Positions 38,700 through 50,135 of a stretch of 64,000 nucleotides of DNA are shown piece after piece (the stretch's first letter is position 1; each line of letters starts with the position of its first letter). Source of the DNA: Chiloscyllium plagiosum. Lineage: Eukaryota. A program made the position numbers and the translations under genes. Under the pieces are notes generated by a model that was not told the origin of the DNA, did no database searches, and saw nothing but the letters and a program-made list of their open reading frames with translations. Location: NCBI RefSeq assembly GCF_004010195.1, contig NC_057749.1, forward strand, positions 21,903,998-21,967,997, in the 5' to 3' direction.

Positions 38700-39383
38700 C
38701 AGCCAAGTGAAAACTTCCCATTTATCTAAACACAACATGAATGAGGCACAATGATTTGATTCATTTAATGATCCTTGGAAGGATTTATTTACAACTACAA
38801 TAATGCACACTGTACAAAGTACAGCTGAATCGTGTTACATGTCAATTTCTTTTGGTTACGTGTCAATTTCGGGATCTCACTTGCTCTTACCTGGAAGAAC
38901 TCACCACGTTCAGATACCCCGGAATACACCAGCATTCCTGGTGCCGTCTTTAAAAAGCTGTTGAGCACCTTTTTAGAACAGTGTCTGTCAGTCTGGAGCT
39001 GCCCTGCATGGTTCCTGACATTTGTCCTAAACATGGTCGACAGCCAAGTGAACCTTCCCATTTATCTAAATACAACATGAATGAGGCACAATGATTTGAT
39101 TCATTTAATGATCCTTGGAAGGATTTATTTACAACTACAATAATGCACACTGTACAAAGTACAGCTGAATCGTGTTACATGTCAATTTCTTTTGGTTACG
39201 TGTCAATTTCGGGATCTCACTTGCTCTTACCTGGAAGAACTCACCACGTTCAGATACCCCGGAATACACCAGCATTCCTGGTGCCGTCTTTAAAAAGCTG
39301 TTGAGCACCTTTTTAGAACAGTGTCTGTCAGTCTGGAGCTGCCCTGCATGGTTCCTGACATTTGTCCTAAACATGGTCGACAG
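38700..39383. repeat. Near-perfect ~340-bp tandem duplication of unique sequence
   Basis: 38700-39040 is nearly identical to 39041-39380, with differences only near the left ends. Confidence 0.95.
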
Positions 39384-39924
39384 GGAACTGTGTGCCCTGG
39401 TTCACGGGTACCTATAGACCCTGGTACAGCCCACAGCCATTCTCACACCTCAGGAGTGGCAGAAGGTGCCAGGCTATCAGAGCTTGCCAATCTGCTCTAC
39501 AATTGGCACCCAGGTCATTACCGACCCAGCAGTCTGGAGACAGGACTGGTAATGAAGAAGGGACACAAATGACCTTCACTACTCGACCAGGGTAAGTGCC
39601 TTTTTAACATCCAGGCTGGTCCTCCATCATGAAATCAGACCTCCCTAAATGCATGCTGAGTTTTCCCCTGATTATTGATTCTAAGGCTTTATCCATCATT
39701 GACATTAATGCAACTTGATCTATCATTGCTAGGTCTGTCATTACTTTTGTAATAAAGGTGTCACACTTGTCACTCCCTAGTCTGCTGGTACTTCCCTCAG
39801 TTTTTGGGGAATATTGAAAGATAACGGAAAATCCTTCGACGAGCTCAATCCCATAAACTCCTTTAGGACCCTGAGCTGCAGGCCATCTGAACCAAGTGGC
39901 TTAAACATTCCAAGTATAGTGTGC

Positions 39925-40265
39925 AGCGTGGGGGCTCAGTGGTTAGCACAGCTGCCTCACAGCGTCAGGGGACTGTGTTCGATTCCAGCCCCCATGACTA
40001 CCTGTGTGCAGTTTGCATGTTCTCCCTGTGTCAGTGTGGGTTTCCTCCCACAGTCTAAAGATATATAATCAGGGACAAACTCAACATGCATTTAGGGAGG
40101 TCTGATTTCATGATGGAGGACCAGCATGGATGTTAAAAAGGCACTTACCCTGGTCGAGTAGTGAAGGTCACAGGTTAGCTAGAATGGCCGTGCTAAATTG
40201 TGCATAGTGTGCAGGCTAGGTGGATTAGCCATAGTAAATGCAGGGCTAAAGGGGTAGGATGGGAT
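39925..40265 (+). mobile_element. HE1-type SINE carrying a foreign 106-bp insert
   Basis: HE1 breaks after CAGTCTAAAGAT and resumes at CAGGTTAG (40171). Confidence 0.8.
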
Positions 40266-40702
40266 GGTATTCCTAGAGTTAATGTAATCTGAATGTCCTC
40301 TTTTTGTACTGGATTCGATAGCCAGACATTCCAGTAACTCTCCCTTTTGATTGTTATCTCATCATCCCTGCTCCCACTGATTGACCAACTTTCCTCCCAT
40401 CGTAACCCTGGGACAAAGTGCTCATTTAGTATAAAAGCAAGATATTGCTGAGGCTACAAGATATTGCTGAGGAAATTAAAGTAAAACGTGATGGCAAAAC
40501 TCAGGAAGCCCAGTGGGAAGGAGAATTTAAGTCAAATATGACTCTCATCAACTAAAGGCAGGTCAGAATGAGATAGTTTTTTTTAACTGATGAGTGGGGG
40601 GAGGGGGCGGNNNAACAAAAGCCAAGATCTCGGAGGTCAAGAGTAAATGATAAAGGTACCATGGAACAAAAGTAAAATGGATTAGCTATGGTTCCACTGA
40701 AA

Positions 40703-41041
40703 AGGGTGGCCCTGTGCCCAATGGTTAGCACTGCTACCTCATAACTCCAGGGGCCCAGGTTCGATTCCAGCCTCAGTGACCGACTGTGTGGAGTTTGCAC
40801 GTTCTCTCCGGGTCTGCGTGGGTTTCCTCCGGGTGCTCCGGTTTCCTCCCACAGTCCAAAGGTGTGCAGGTCAGGGTGAATTGGCCATGCTAAATTACCC
40901 GTAGTGTCTAGAGATGTGTAGGCTAGGTGTATGAGCCAGGTGTAAATGCAAGGGAATGGGTCTGGGTGGGATTCTCGTCAGAGGATTGGTGTGGACTTGT
41001 TGGGCCTACTGGCCTGTTTCCACACTGTAGGGATTCTATGA
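40703..41041 (+). mobile_element. HE1-type SINE
   Basis: Near-complete copy. Confidence 0.9.
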
Positions 41042-41494
41042 AAGGCACATGGCAAACCAGGGACAGAATTAATTGTCTAAATTGTTGAACTGCTGAGCAA
41101 TTCCAGCATTTGCTATTTTCTTTATTAATTCTTCCAGCCTCATCCCATCCCTCATTACCCTCCCATAGCACAGTGGTTGAGTCCCTACCTCTAGGCCAGG
41201 AGACCTACGTTCACATTCCAACTACTCCAAAAACGCAGCACAGCACCTGTTGTAATATCTATTTCACTCTCTGAAACCCACTTGGCCACTCACTATTCCT
41301 CATGCAGACAGAAGATTAGTGAGTTCCTTTTTATCTCAGCTATGATTCTTTTCTCTGCTTCTCTCTTTGCCAGTCCTATCTCCCCTCTCAACCGATTGTA
41401 CCTAATCAAAATGATTTGACATGTATTACTTTGGTTTCATTGTAGTCTTTACCTCCCTCCTCATTCAAGGTACCTTACTTTTATTCCTCAAGCT

Positions 41495-41880
41495 TTAGAA
41501 ACTTCAAATGTAGGGGCAAAAGTAGGCTACTCAACATTTGGAGTTTACTCCACCATTCAATATGATCATAGCTGGTCATGCCACTCAGGAACCTTTCACC
41601 ACTTCCTCCTCATACCCTTTGAATCCTTCAGTCCTTAGAATTATCTCGACATCTTTCTTGAACATCCCCAATGTTTTGGCCTCAACTGCAGAGAATTCTA
41701 CTCTCATCTCTCCATGCTGAAGAAACTTCACCTTATCTCTGTCCCAGGAGGCCCACTGCTCATCATTAGATGATGATCCCTTGTTCTGGATTCCCTTCCA
41801 CTCCACCTTGTCTAATCATGTTAGAATTTTACAGATTTCTACAAGAATCTCCCCTTGTTCTTCTAAGTTCTAATGAGTAT
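41495..41880 (-). mobile_element. Old CR1-type 3' fragment
   Basis: Encodes AVEAKTLGMFKKDVEIILRTEGFKGYEE. Confidence 0.7.
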
Positions 41881-42800
41881 GGTGTTTAGTCCCTGTACCC
41901 TTGCTGGAATATATCTAAGCTGTAGTTGAAGCACCTCTTCCTTAAACCTCACTTATTTCCATTAGAATGTTTCCTGTGAGTCTGGGGTTCCATTTGACCC
42001 TGGTTCGATCCCTCTTCATCCAACTGAAATTAGCCGACTTCCAATTTAGATGTTTTGACTAATATCCGATCATTTCTTGCTGTGTTGCATTATTAGTTTA
42101 AACCTTATGATAAGAGGATAACTCTCATCCATGTGCTCCCCCATACATTCGTGGTGCATAGCTCATTCACCAGTAATGAGGCACCCACTGGGTCAAGGAA
42201 GCTCTTCTGAACACATTTCAGAGATTCCCCTCCCTTATTAATCTAATATTGTCTTGATCATTTCTTTCATTGTTAAAGAATCCCTCGACACTGTACCTAC
42301 TTCCTCTCCTTAACCAGCCCCATTAATTATTTGTTTCAATAATTCTTTGTACTGCCTTTTCTATTTTCTTTTTAATTCTTCACAGTCATTTCTTTCACTT
42401 CATCCCTTTGTAGAGTGTTGTCCATCTCTAAAAGCAAAATATTGCTGAGGCTACAAATCTGAAGTAAGAATAGAAAGTGAGGGTAAAACTCAGGAATGGA
42501 AATGTGTTGCTGGAGAAGCGCAGCAGGTCAGGCAGCATCTAGGGAACAGGAGAATCGACGTTTCGGGCATTAGCCCTTCTTCGTAAAACTCAGGAAGCCC
42601 AGCAGGAAGGAGGATTTAAAGTCAAGTATGACTCTCTTCAACTAAACTTAAAAATGTGTTGCTGGAAAAGCGCAGCAGGTCAGGCAGCATCAAAGGAACA
42701 GGAGAATCGACGTTTTGGGCCTAAGCCCTTCCTGAAGAAGGGCTTATGCTCGAAACATCGATTCTGTTGTGGTTCTGTTCGCCGAGCTGGGAATTTGTGT

Positions 42801-42841
42801 TGCAGACGTTTCGTCCCCTGTCTAGGTGACATCCTCAGTGC
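42801..42841 (-). ncRNA. Minimal type I hammerhead ribozyme motif (Penelope family B)
   Basis: Minus strand reads GCA-CUGAGGA-UGUCACCU-AGAC-AGGGGAC-GAAA-C-GUC-UGC: intact core, helix II, GUC triplet and a 3-bp helix I. Confidence 0.7.
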
Positions 42842-42961
42842 TTGGGACCCTCCTGTGAAGCGCTTCTGTGATGTTTCCTCCGGCACTTATAGAGGTGGAT
42901 ATAAATGCCACTATAAATGCCGGAGGAAACATCACAGAAGTGCTTCACAGGAGGCTCCCAA

Positions 42962-43002
42962 GCACTGAGGATGTCACCTAGACAGGGGACGAAACGTTTG
43001 CA
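42962..43002 (+). ncRNA. Minimal type I hammerhead ribozyme motif (GUU triplet variant)
   Basis: GCA-CUGAGGA-UGUCACCU-AGAC-AGGGGAC-GAAA-C-GUU-UGC. Confidence 0.6.
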
Positions 43003-43299
43003 ACACAGAAACACAACAATGAGCACCCGAGCTACAAATCTTCTCACAAACTTTGAACGTCGATTCTCCTGTTCCTTGGATGCTGCCTGACCTGCTACGC
43101 TTTTCCAGCAACACATTTTTTAAGCTCTGATCTCCAGCATCTGCAGTCCTCACTTTCTCTTCAACTAAAGGCAGGTCAGAGTGAGATAGGTTTGTTTTGA
43201 ACTGACGATCGAGGGAGCAAAAGGAGAACAAAAGCCAAGGTCTTGGCCGAGTGAACTTGGTGACCTCGACCTTTCAGAGGAAGCTCACTGCTGTGGGGA

Positions 43300-43860
43300 T
43301 AGTCATATGTCATAGAGACGTACAGCATGGAAACTGACCCTTTGGCCCAACTCGTCCATGTTGACCAGATACCCTCAATTAACCTAGTCCCATTTACCGG
43401 ATTTGGCCCACATCCCTCCAAACCCTTCCTCTTCATACACTCATCCAGGTGCCTTTTAAATGTTGTAATTACACCAGCCTCGACCACTTCCTCTGGCACC
43501 TCATTCCATACACACACCACCTTCTACATGAACAAATTGTCCCTTAAGCCCCTTTTATACCTTTCTTCTCTCACCTTAAACCTGTGCCCTCTATTTTTGG
43601 ACTCCCCTACCCCACGGAAAAGACCTTGTCTATTTACCCTATCCATTCCCCTCATGACTTTATAAACCTCTATAAGGTCATCCCTCAGCCTCTGTCACTC
43701 CAGGGAAAACAGCCTATTCAGCATCTCCCTATAGCACAAGCCCTCCAACCGCAGCAACATCCTTGTAAACCCTTCCAAGTTTCTCAACATCTATCCTGTG
43801 ATAGGGAGGCCAGAATTGCACACAAAGTGGCCTTACCAATGTCCTGTACAGCTGCAACAT
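43300..43860 (-). mobile_element. CR1/HER1-type 3' fragment
   Basis: Encodes VWNEVPEEVVEAGVITTFKRHLD, with a (CTATGA)-type tail. Confidence 0.9.
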
Positions 43861-44766
43861 GTGGGCCAGGCTTCTTACCCTAAAGGGCACCAGCAAACCC
43901 GGTGAGTCTTTGCTACAATTGGCAAGATGAATTTTGTGCTCTCGAGTTTACTAACTGAATTGACTGTGGTGAGATTTGAACCTGGGACCCTGGAGAATGA
44001 TTTTGAGCAGCAGTTTATGAGCCCAACGACATTACCACTATGGCACCATCTCCCCTTGAGTCCTAGCACTCATCTGTCTTCCGATGAACTTTATTGAGTT
44101 TTGTTGCGTTGTAGAACAGGGAGGATACATTGGGCCGTTGAGCCCGACCGTTTCATACTTCTGGAATGAGGGTAGAGATGTGCAAAACAAACCCATTTGG
44201 GGAATGAAGATTGACATAATGACAAAGAAAAGAACTTTCAGGATATCGTTCTGATGACAAGGGTGTGAGCACAAAGATGACATAAACATAAATAGGATAA
44301 AGGATCACATTGGTAGGCAGATGTTATCTTAAACAGGCTTCATTGCAGCCTATTGTCATTTGTTCCTACTCCTTTCTCCCTCACATATTTTCAAAGTTTG
44401 CCTCAAGTTGTATCTCTGTCCGTGTCACCTCAACTGTTCCATGTGATAGCAAGCTTCACATTTTTAGTTTTTTCTCCCAAAGTTTTGCCCAAATTCCCTG
44501 TTAGATTTGTTAAAATCCATTTTAGGTCTATATCCCCTAATATGCCTGCACATTAAAACATCTTCTTCAAATCTAGCCTGTTGAAACTCTTTATACTTTT
44601 TATAATTGACTCTGTCTGGTCACCACACATAAGTGTTCTCTTTTCCAAAGGCAATGATCCCAGTCTACATAATCTTTCCTAACACTTACAACCTCCTCAG
44701 TCCAACAATTAATCCTTTTCTAAACCTTCTTTGATGCTTCCTTAGCCTCAGCTAAAGGTCTCTTTA

Positions 44767-45735
44767 GCACGGTGGCTCAGTGGTTAGCACTATGACATGG
44801 TTAGGCCACTATTTAGAGTAGATTAGATTAGATTCCCTATATGTGGAAACAGGCCCTTCGGCCAAACAAATCCACACCGACCCCCCGAAGAGTAACCCAC
44901 CCGGACCCATTTCCCTCTGACTTATGCACCTAACACTATGGGCAATTTAGCATGGCCAATTCACCTAACCTGCACATCTTTGGACTGTGGGAGGAAACCG
45001 GAGCAAACCCACGCAGACACAGGGAGAATGTGCAAACTCCACACAGACAGTCACCCGAGGCTGGAATCGAACCTGGGATGCTGGTGCTGTGAGGCAGCAG
45101 TGCTAACCACTGAGCCACCATGTCACCCAACTGGAATGTCGCGTGCAATTCTGGTCTCCTTCCTATCAGAAAGATGTTGTGAAACTTGAAAGGGTTCAGA
45201 AAAGATTTACAAGGATGTTGCGGGGGTTGGAGGATTCGAGCTATAGGGAAAGGCTGAACAGGCTGGGGCTGTTTTCCCTGGAGCGTTGGAGGCTGAGGGG
45301 TGACCTTATAGAGATTTACAAAATTGGAGGGATATGGGCCAAGTGCTGGCAGGTGGGACTGGATTGGATTGGGATATCTGGTCGGCATGGACGGGTTGGA
45401 CAGAAGGGCCTGTTTCCATGTTGTACATCTCTATGACTCTATGACTCACTACTGCTTCACAGTGCCAGGGATCCAAGCTCGATTCCACCCTCAGGTGACT
45501 GTGTGGAGTCTGTATATTCTCTCTGTGTCATGGTGGATTTTTGCCCACTGTCTAAAGGTGTGCACATTAGGTGGAATGGCCATGCTAAGTTAGCTTGTAG
45601 TGTTGCAGGCTAGGTGGGTTAGCCAGGGAAATATAGGGTTATAGGGATAGGTGAGTCTAGTGGAATGCCCTTTAGAGGGTCAGTGTGGACTCAATGGGCC
45701 GCATGGCTTGCTTCCACACTGATTGGGAATCTATG
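44767..45735. mobile_element. Three-level nest: HE1(+) interrupted by CR1(+), itself interrupted by HE1(-)
   Basis: The HE1 head at 44767-44791 resumes at about 45447. The CR1 (about 44792-45446) is split by a minus-strand HE1 at 44820-45128. Confidence 0.8.
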
Positions 45736-46859
45736 ATGAAAGAAATATGAACCTGTGTGAAGTTTAGATGATATCTGCCTATCAATGCTATTCTTTATCT
45801 TATTTACCATTGCACATTTGTCTTATTTACCTATTTTTGTCATCTTTGCGCTCACGTCCTTGTCTTCGGTACAATGTCCTGGAAGTTCTTTCCTTTGTCC
45901 TCATCGCAGTCTTCATTCCCCAGATAGTTTTCGCTTTCACAGCTCTTCCCTCATTCCCTTTAAGTTGTCTCCTCCTGAGCTGTACACCGGGGAATGGGGT
46001 TATCCCAGATTGTGTCAACTTTATTAATGTCCGGGCCACGTTCCATCTGCATGGTGAGCGAGATAAAACCGCTTTTCTGACTTCTGCGCGTTATGACATT
46101 ACTGGGAAACTCCTGAATAGCCACCAGGGGAGAGCTAATTATTCCTGGAGCCCTCAGGCACCCGTGGGCTATAGGTCAGCTGCCTTTGGGATCATTCTTT
46201 GGAGAGCCTATCCGTCACTCGCTTTAAGGCACTGAGCAGTACTTTGCACTGTTAGCCAGTGAACTGTTTCAAGTCAAACATTAAAGGGTAGCAATGAAGA
46301 TTAATGTGAAGATAATGAAGAGCACAAATAAAATATAGGGAGAGCTACCATGAGGTAAATAGCAGTTGGTGAAAAGCTGGAAGTGGTGCTAAAACTGTGA
46401 TCTCCCGGACTGCCTTCGCCTCCCTGAGTTATCTCAAACTGACAGATGCCATCCCGCTTGGCTTGGATTGCAAAAGCGTAGTGTGCATAAGCAAAGAGGG
46501 TACGTTTCAGGCTTTGCAAACCACTGGTTAGGCCTCAGCAGCACATGATGCTGAGTGCTGGGCCCTCCTTTTACAGTGGCAAAGCAAAGCCTTGGAGAGA
46601 GTGCAGAGGAGGTAGATGAGAAGGTTATCAGAGCCAGATAGCGTCAAGTTACATGGAGAAGCTAGGGTTGATCTCGGTTGACCGGAGAATTTCTGAAGAG
46701 TACTTGATTGAAGTGATGAAAGTCATGGATTCACAGGAAATCAGAGCTGCAGTAGGCTATTTGACCCTTTGAACTGGATTTGCCGTTTAGCTAGACCATG
46801 ACTGATCATGTCCCTCAATGCCAAACTCTTGTAACAGCCCTGTATCTCTAGAGTGGTCC

Positions 46860-47125
46860 CTATTTGATTGAGGGGGATTCAGCAATGGTAATATCACTGA
46901 ATGTTAAGGGGGGATGGTTAGATCCTGCCTCCCTTTTGAAGATGAACATTACTCATAGTGATACTTGTACGACATTAATGTTATTTCCCCTTTCTCAGGC
47001 TAAGCATGAATTTGGTCTACGTCTTGTGGACACAAGCTATTTCAGTATCATCATGGAGGTCGTGAATCGTGCTGAACATCCTGCACTCGTCAGAGAACAT
47101 CTCCACTTCTGACCTTATGATGGTA
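46860..47125 (-). mobile_element. Old CR1/L2-clade RT fragment
   Basis: Encodes PSTIIRSEVEMFSDECRMFSTIHD, a decayed FADD catalytic motif. Confidence 0.65.
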
Positions 47126-47181
47126 GAAGGTCTAATAAAGTCTCTCATTTGTAACAGGAGCTTGTGAAGGTCTTCTAAAGA

Positions 47182-47730
47182 TGTCCAGGACATTGGTGAG
47201 GTCTGTTCTGGAGTATGTGCCCGGTCCTGATCACTCACGAGGATATTAATAAGCTGCAGAGGGTTCAGATGAGATTTACCAGGAGGTTGCTAGGTATGGC
47301 AGGTCTGAGTTATAAAGAGAGGCTGGTAGAGTCTGGGGCTTTTATCAATGGAGTGTAGGAGGCTGAGAGGCGACCTGATAGTAGTTTATAAAATAATGAG
47401 GTGTTTGAATAGAATTAATGGTAGGTTTATTTTCCCCAGGATGGGGGATTTCAAGACTAGGGGCACATTTTCAAAGTGAGAGGAGAGAGATTTTAAAAAG
47501 GCATGAGGGGCAAATATTTTACACAGAGGGTGGTTTGCATGTGGAATGAACTTCCTGAGGAAGTGGTTGATGCAGGTACAGTTACAATGTATAAAAGACA
47601 TTTGGATAAGTCCATGTGGTTTGCAGGGATACGGGCCAAGTGCAGGCAGATGGGACTAGGTTAGCTTGGGATCATTATCAGCATGGACCCGTTAGACTGA
47701 AGGGTCTGTTTCCATGTTACACGACGCGGT
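47182..47730 (+). mobile_element. CR1-type 3' fragment
   Basis: Decayed LVRP.LEY...RLRGDLI.VYKIMR region. Confidence 0.85.
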
Positions 47731-48066
47731 GAATTAACTCAATGAGAGTGAAGATGGGTTTGCTGAAGAATTTTACAGACCTCAGTCCTATCCTGATGTG
47801 ATGTTTGGATCATTGGCAACAGCCCTGGCCTTTTGGCCACCACCAGAGGCTTTTCAGGGTCACATTAGAGGTTGGAAGAGGAGTTACATGTACAGCAGAC
47901 CAAGCAGCTTGAGTGGGCTTTGTGGTGTTGCTGCTTAACAAATTCACAGATGTATTGACCTCAATTTGCAAATTACCGGGAATTACATGTACCTCAGACA
48001 AAGCAGCGTGTTTAGGGTCTCTCTTGTTGAGATGGTGGTGTCATTAAGGTTAAGGGAATGCATGGC

Positions 48067-48135
48067 CTCTTTCTCTCTCACTCTCTCTCTCTCTATCTCT
48101 CTCTTTCTCTCTCACTCTCTCTCTCTCTATCTCTG

Positions 48136-48166
<31 letters not shown>

Positions 48167-48188
48167 CTTTCTTTCTCTCTCTTTCTCT

Positions 48189-48220
<32 letters not shown>

Positions 48221-48250
48221 GTCTATCTGTCTCTCTCTCGCTCTCTCTCT
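48067..48250. repeat. (CT)n microsatellite
   Basis: Directly visible. Confidence 0.95.
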
Positions 48251-48610
48251 AGTCCCACTTCTTCACTGGTCGCAACATAAATTTAAATTTATGGCATGAC
48301 CAAATATATACTTTATAGACATTAGGTTTAGGATATAAAGATCCATTAACTGGAATTCAGTTAAAAAAAATATTGATTTATTATAAACTATAAGCATTCA
48401 AAGAGACCATCAAACAGTCTAGGACACACTGCTAAGCTTTGTTTAATTTTACATTTGTTGACTCTGATTAGTCAAGGCTAAGGAATCCCCTGAGAATGAG
48501 CCAAAGAATGGCTATCGCCTATTTTGTCAAGTTGAAATCAGTGCAATGTGTACACATTATTGAGTTTATAATATGAAAGTATAAATGTGTACCCAACCCA
48601 TTATTGAACA

Positions 48611-48700
48611 AACACACACACACACGCTCATGCACACATGTACACACACAAATATACAGACTCAAACACACACACTACATACACACATGCACAAACACAT
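48611..48700. repeat. Degenerate (CA)n
   Basis: Directly visible. Confidence 0.85.
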
Positions 48701-48910
48701 CCACAATTTGTATGAGGCAGCGATTTAACAAAGACAAATTCACATCATAATTCAACTGACCTTTTTAAAATTTAAACAATCTCGGCTGTTAACTGGCAAT
48801 CATCATCTACTAGAACACACACCATGAGAATGTTTCTGTTGAGCAGAGTCCACCATCCCCTTGTGCAGTACAAATGTTAGTTTGCCCCTTGTTTTGGCAT
48901 TCTTGTAAAT

Positions 48911-49370
48911 GGCGTGTTTCGAGAAGATTTGTAGCTCAGATTGAGGTTCTGGATGTAGTTTTCTCAGATACATGAATATCAACTCACCACAAAAAGACAT
49001 GACCCTCTCTCACTAGTAGCCTTACATACAGATGAGGATGGACACCACTTCGACTGGGACCACACATCCATCCTAGGACAAGCCAAACAGAGACGCGCAT
49101 GAGAATTCCTAGAAGCATGGGATTCCAACTGGAACTCTGTCAACAAATGCATCAACTTGGATCCCATTTTCCATCCCCTGAGAAAAAGAACAGGAAATGG
49201 CATCTCTATAGGAAATGACATTACCAACCGAAGAAAACCTAGACACATACATAAAAAGTGGGACGTGCCACCAGTGCTTCACCAGAGGCTCACTGTTGAT
49301 GTTACCCAGCATGGTGACGAAACGTCTGAAAGCAAACCTTCCAGCTCAGCGAGCAAACTTAGTTTCAGAC
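48911..49370 (+). mobile_element. Penelope-like family B fragment with inverted 5' piece
   Basis: Encodes HEYQLTTKRHDPLSLVALHTDEDGHHFDWDHTSILGQAKQRRA*EFLEAW. TSD TCTTGTAAAT at 48901-48910 and 49371-49380. Hammerhead-like motif at 49290-49329 with a core mutation. Confidence 0.85.
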
Positions 49371-50135
49371 TCTTGTAAATTGTTCTGATGAGAGCAAATA
49401 AAGACATTTTGACTGAATGTCCCCTTTTTCAGGAAGTTCTTTACTTGTAAACAAAGATGAATTTCCCTATGAAAAACATTTGGCCAATAATCTTTAAAGG
49501 CAAAAACGATGAGTTGTGGAATGTTCATAAGGCTGTAGGTCTTGGGTTCTGGCACGTGTGGACAGATCTCTAGACAATGGCAGGTTTCTCTGGTATCTTT
49601 GTAGAAGCAGTCATTCAGAAAATATCAAGAGCAGCTCCCTCAAAGTCTCCTCATGAGACCAGTTCAAACAGTCTTCCTTGTTCCCACACTGGATACACAC
49701 CCAGGGTTTTTATTTTCAGAAACAGGACAGCTGAGCTGAGAAGCTCATTTCCTTTAAAAAGTTGGACCCTTAGCCCCGCTGCATTTAAAACGCTGTACAA
49801 ACAAGATCCGACGCTCTGTTGGTCATAAAATTCAGGCAGAGGAACTTGAGCAAAAAAGTCCAGCAACTAGCGGAAACACTGTGGAGTCCAAAAAATGCAA
49901 AAAAAGTTCCAATTTCGGAAGTGAGCATTTTAAAAATTTTTTTAAAAATTGGAGGATCCACCGACGCTGAAGTAAATTCATTACTTCACATCCTTCAAAA
50001 CTGAAGTCTTAAAAATGTCTTAAAGCCGTGGTCATTGCCTTACATTTGGATGGTGCAAATGTTATGCCATTTATTAGCCCCTGCCTAGGCTTTGCTACAG
50101 ACATACGCTGCTGAAGTGTTTGCAAATGCTCAGGG

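Larger units (their letters stand above)
42497..43157. mobile_element. Cluster of nested Penelope-like insertions
   Basis: Family A piece at 42497-42582 (TSD GTAAAACTCAGGAA). Family A fold-back at about 42647-43157 (TSD CTCTTCAACTAAA), containing a family B fold-back at about 42765-43055. Confidence 0.85.

Noticed and set aside
39500..39597. Antigen-receptor J segment or FN3 domain end (GTQMTFTTRP plus donor)
   Set aside because: No FGxG/WGxG motif, no recognisable RSS heptamer/nonamer upstream, and no FN3 core residues in frame.
45768..46235. 155-aa ORF with an apparent transmembrane segment; WDNPIPRC (Sushi-like) on the opposite strand
   Set aside because: The hydrophobicity reflects T-rich composition. 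The Sushi-like peptide lacks the other cysteines and runs into stops.
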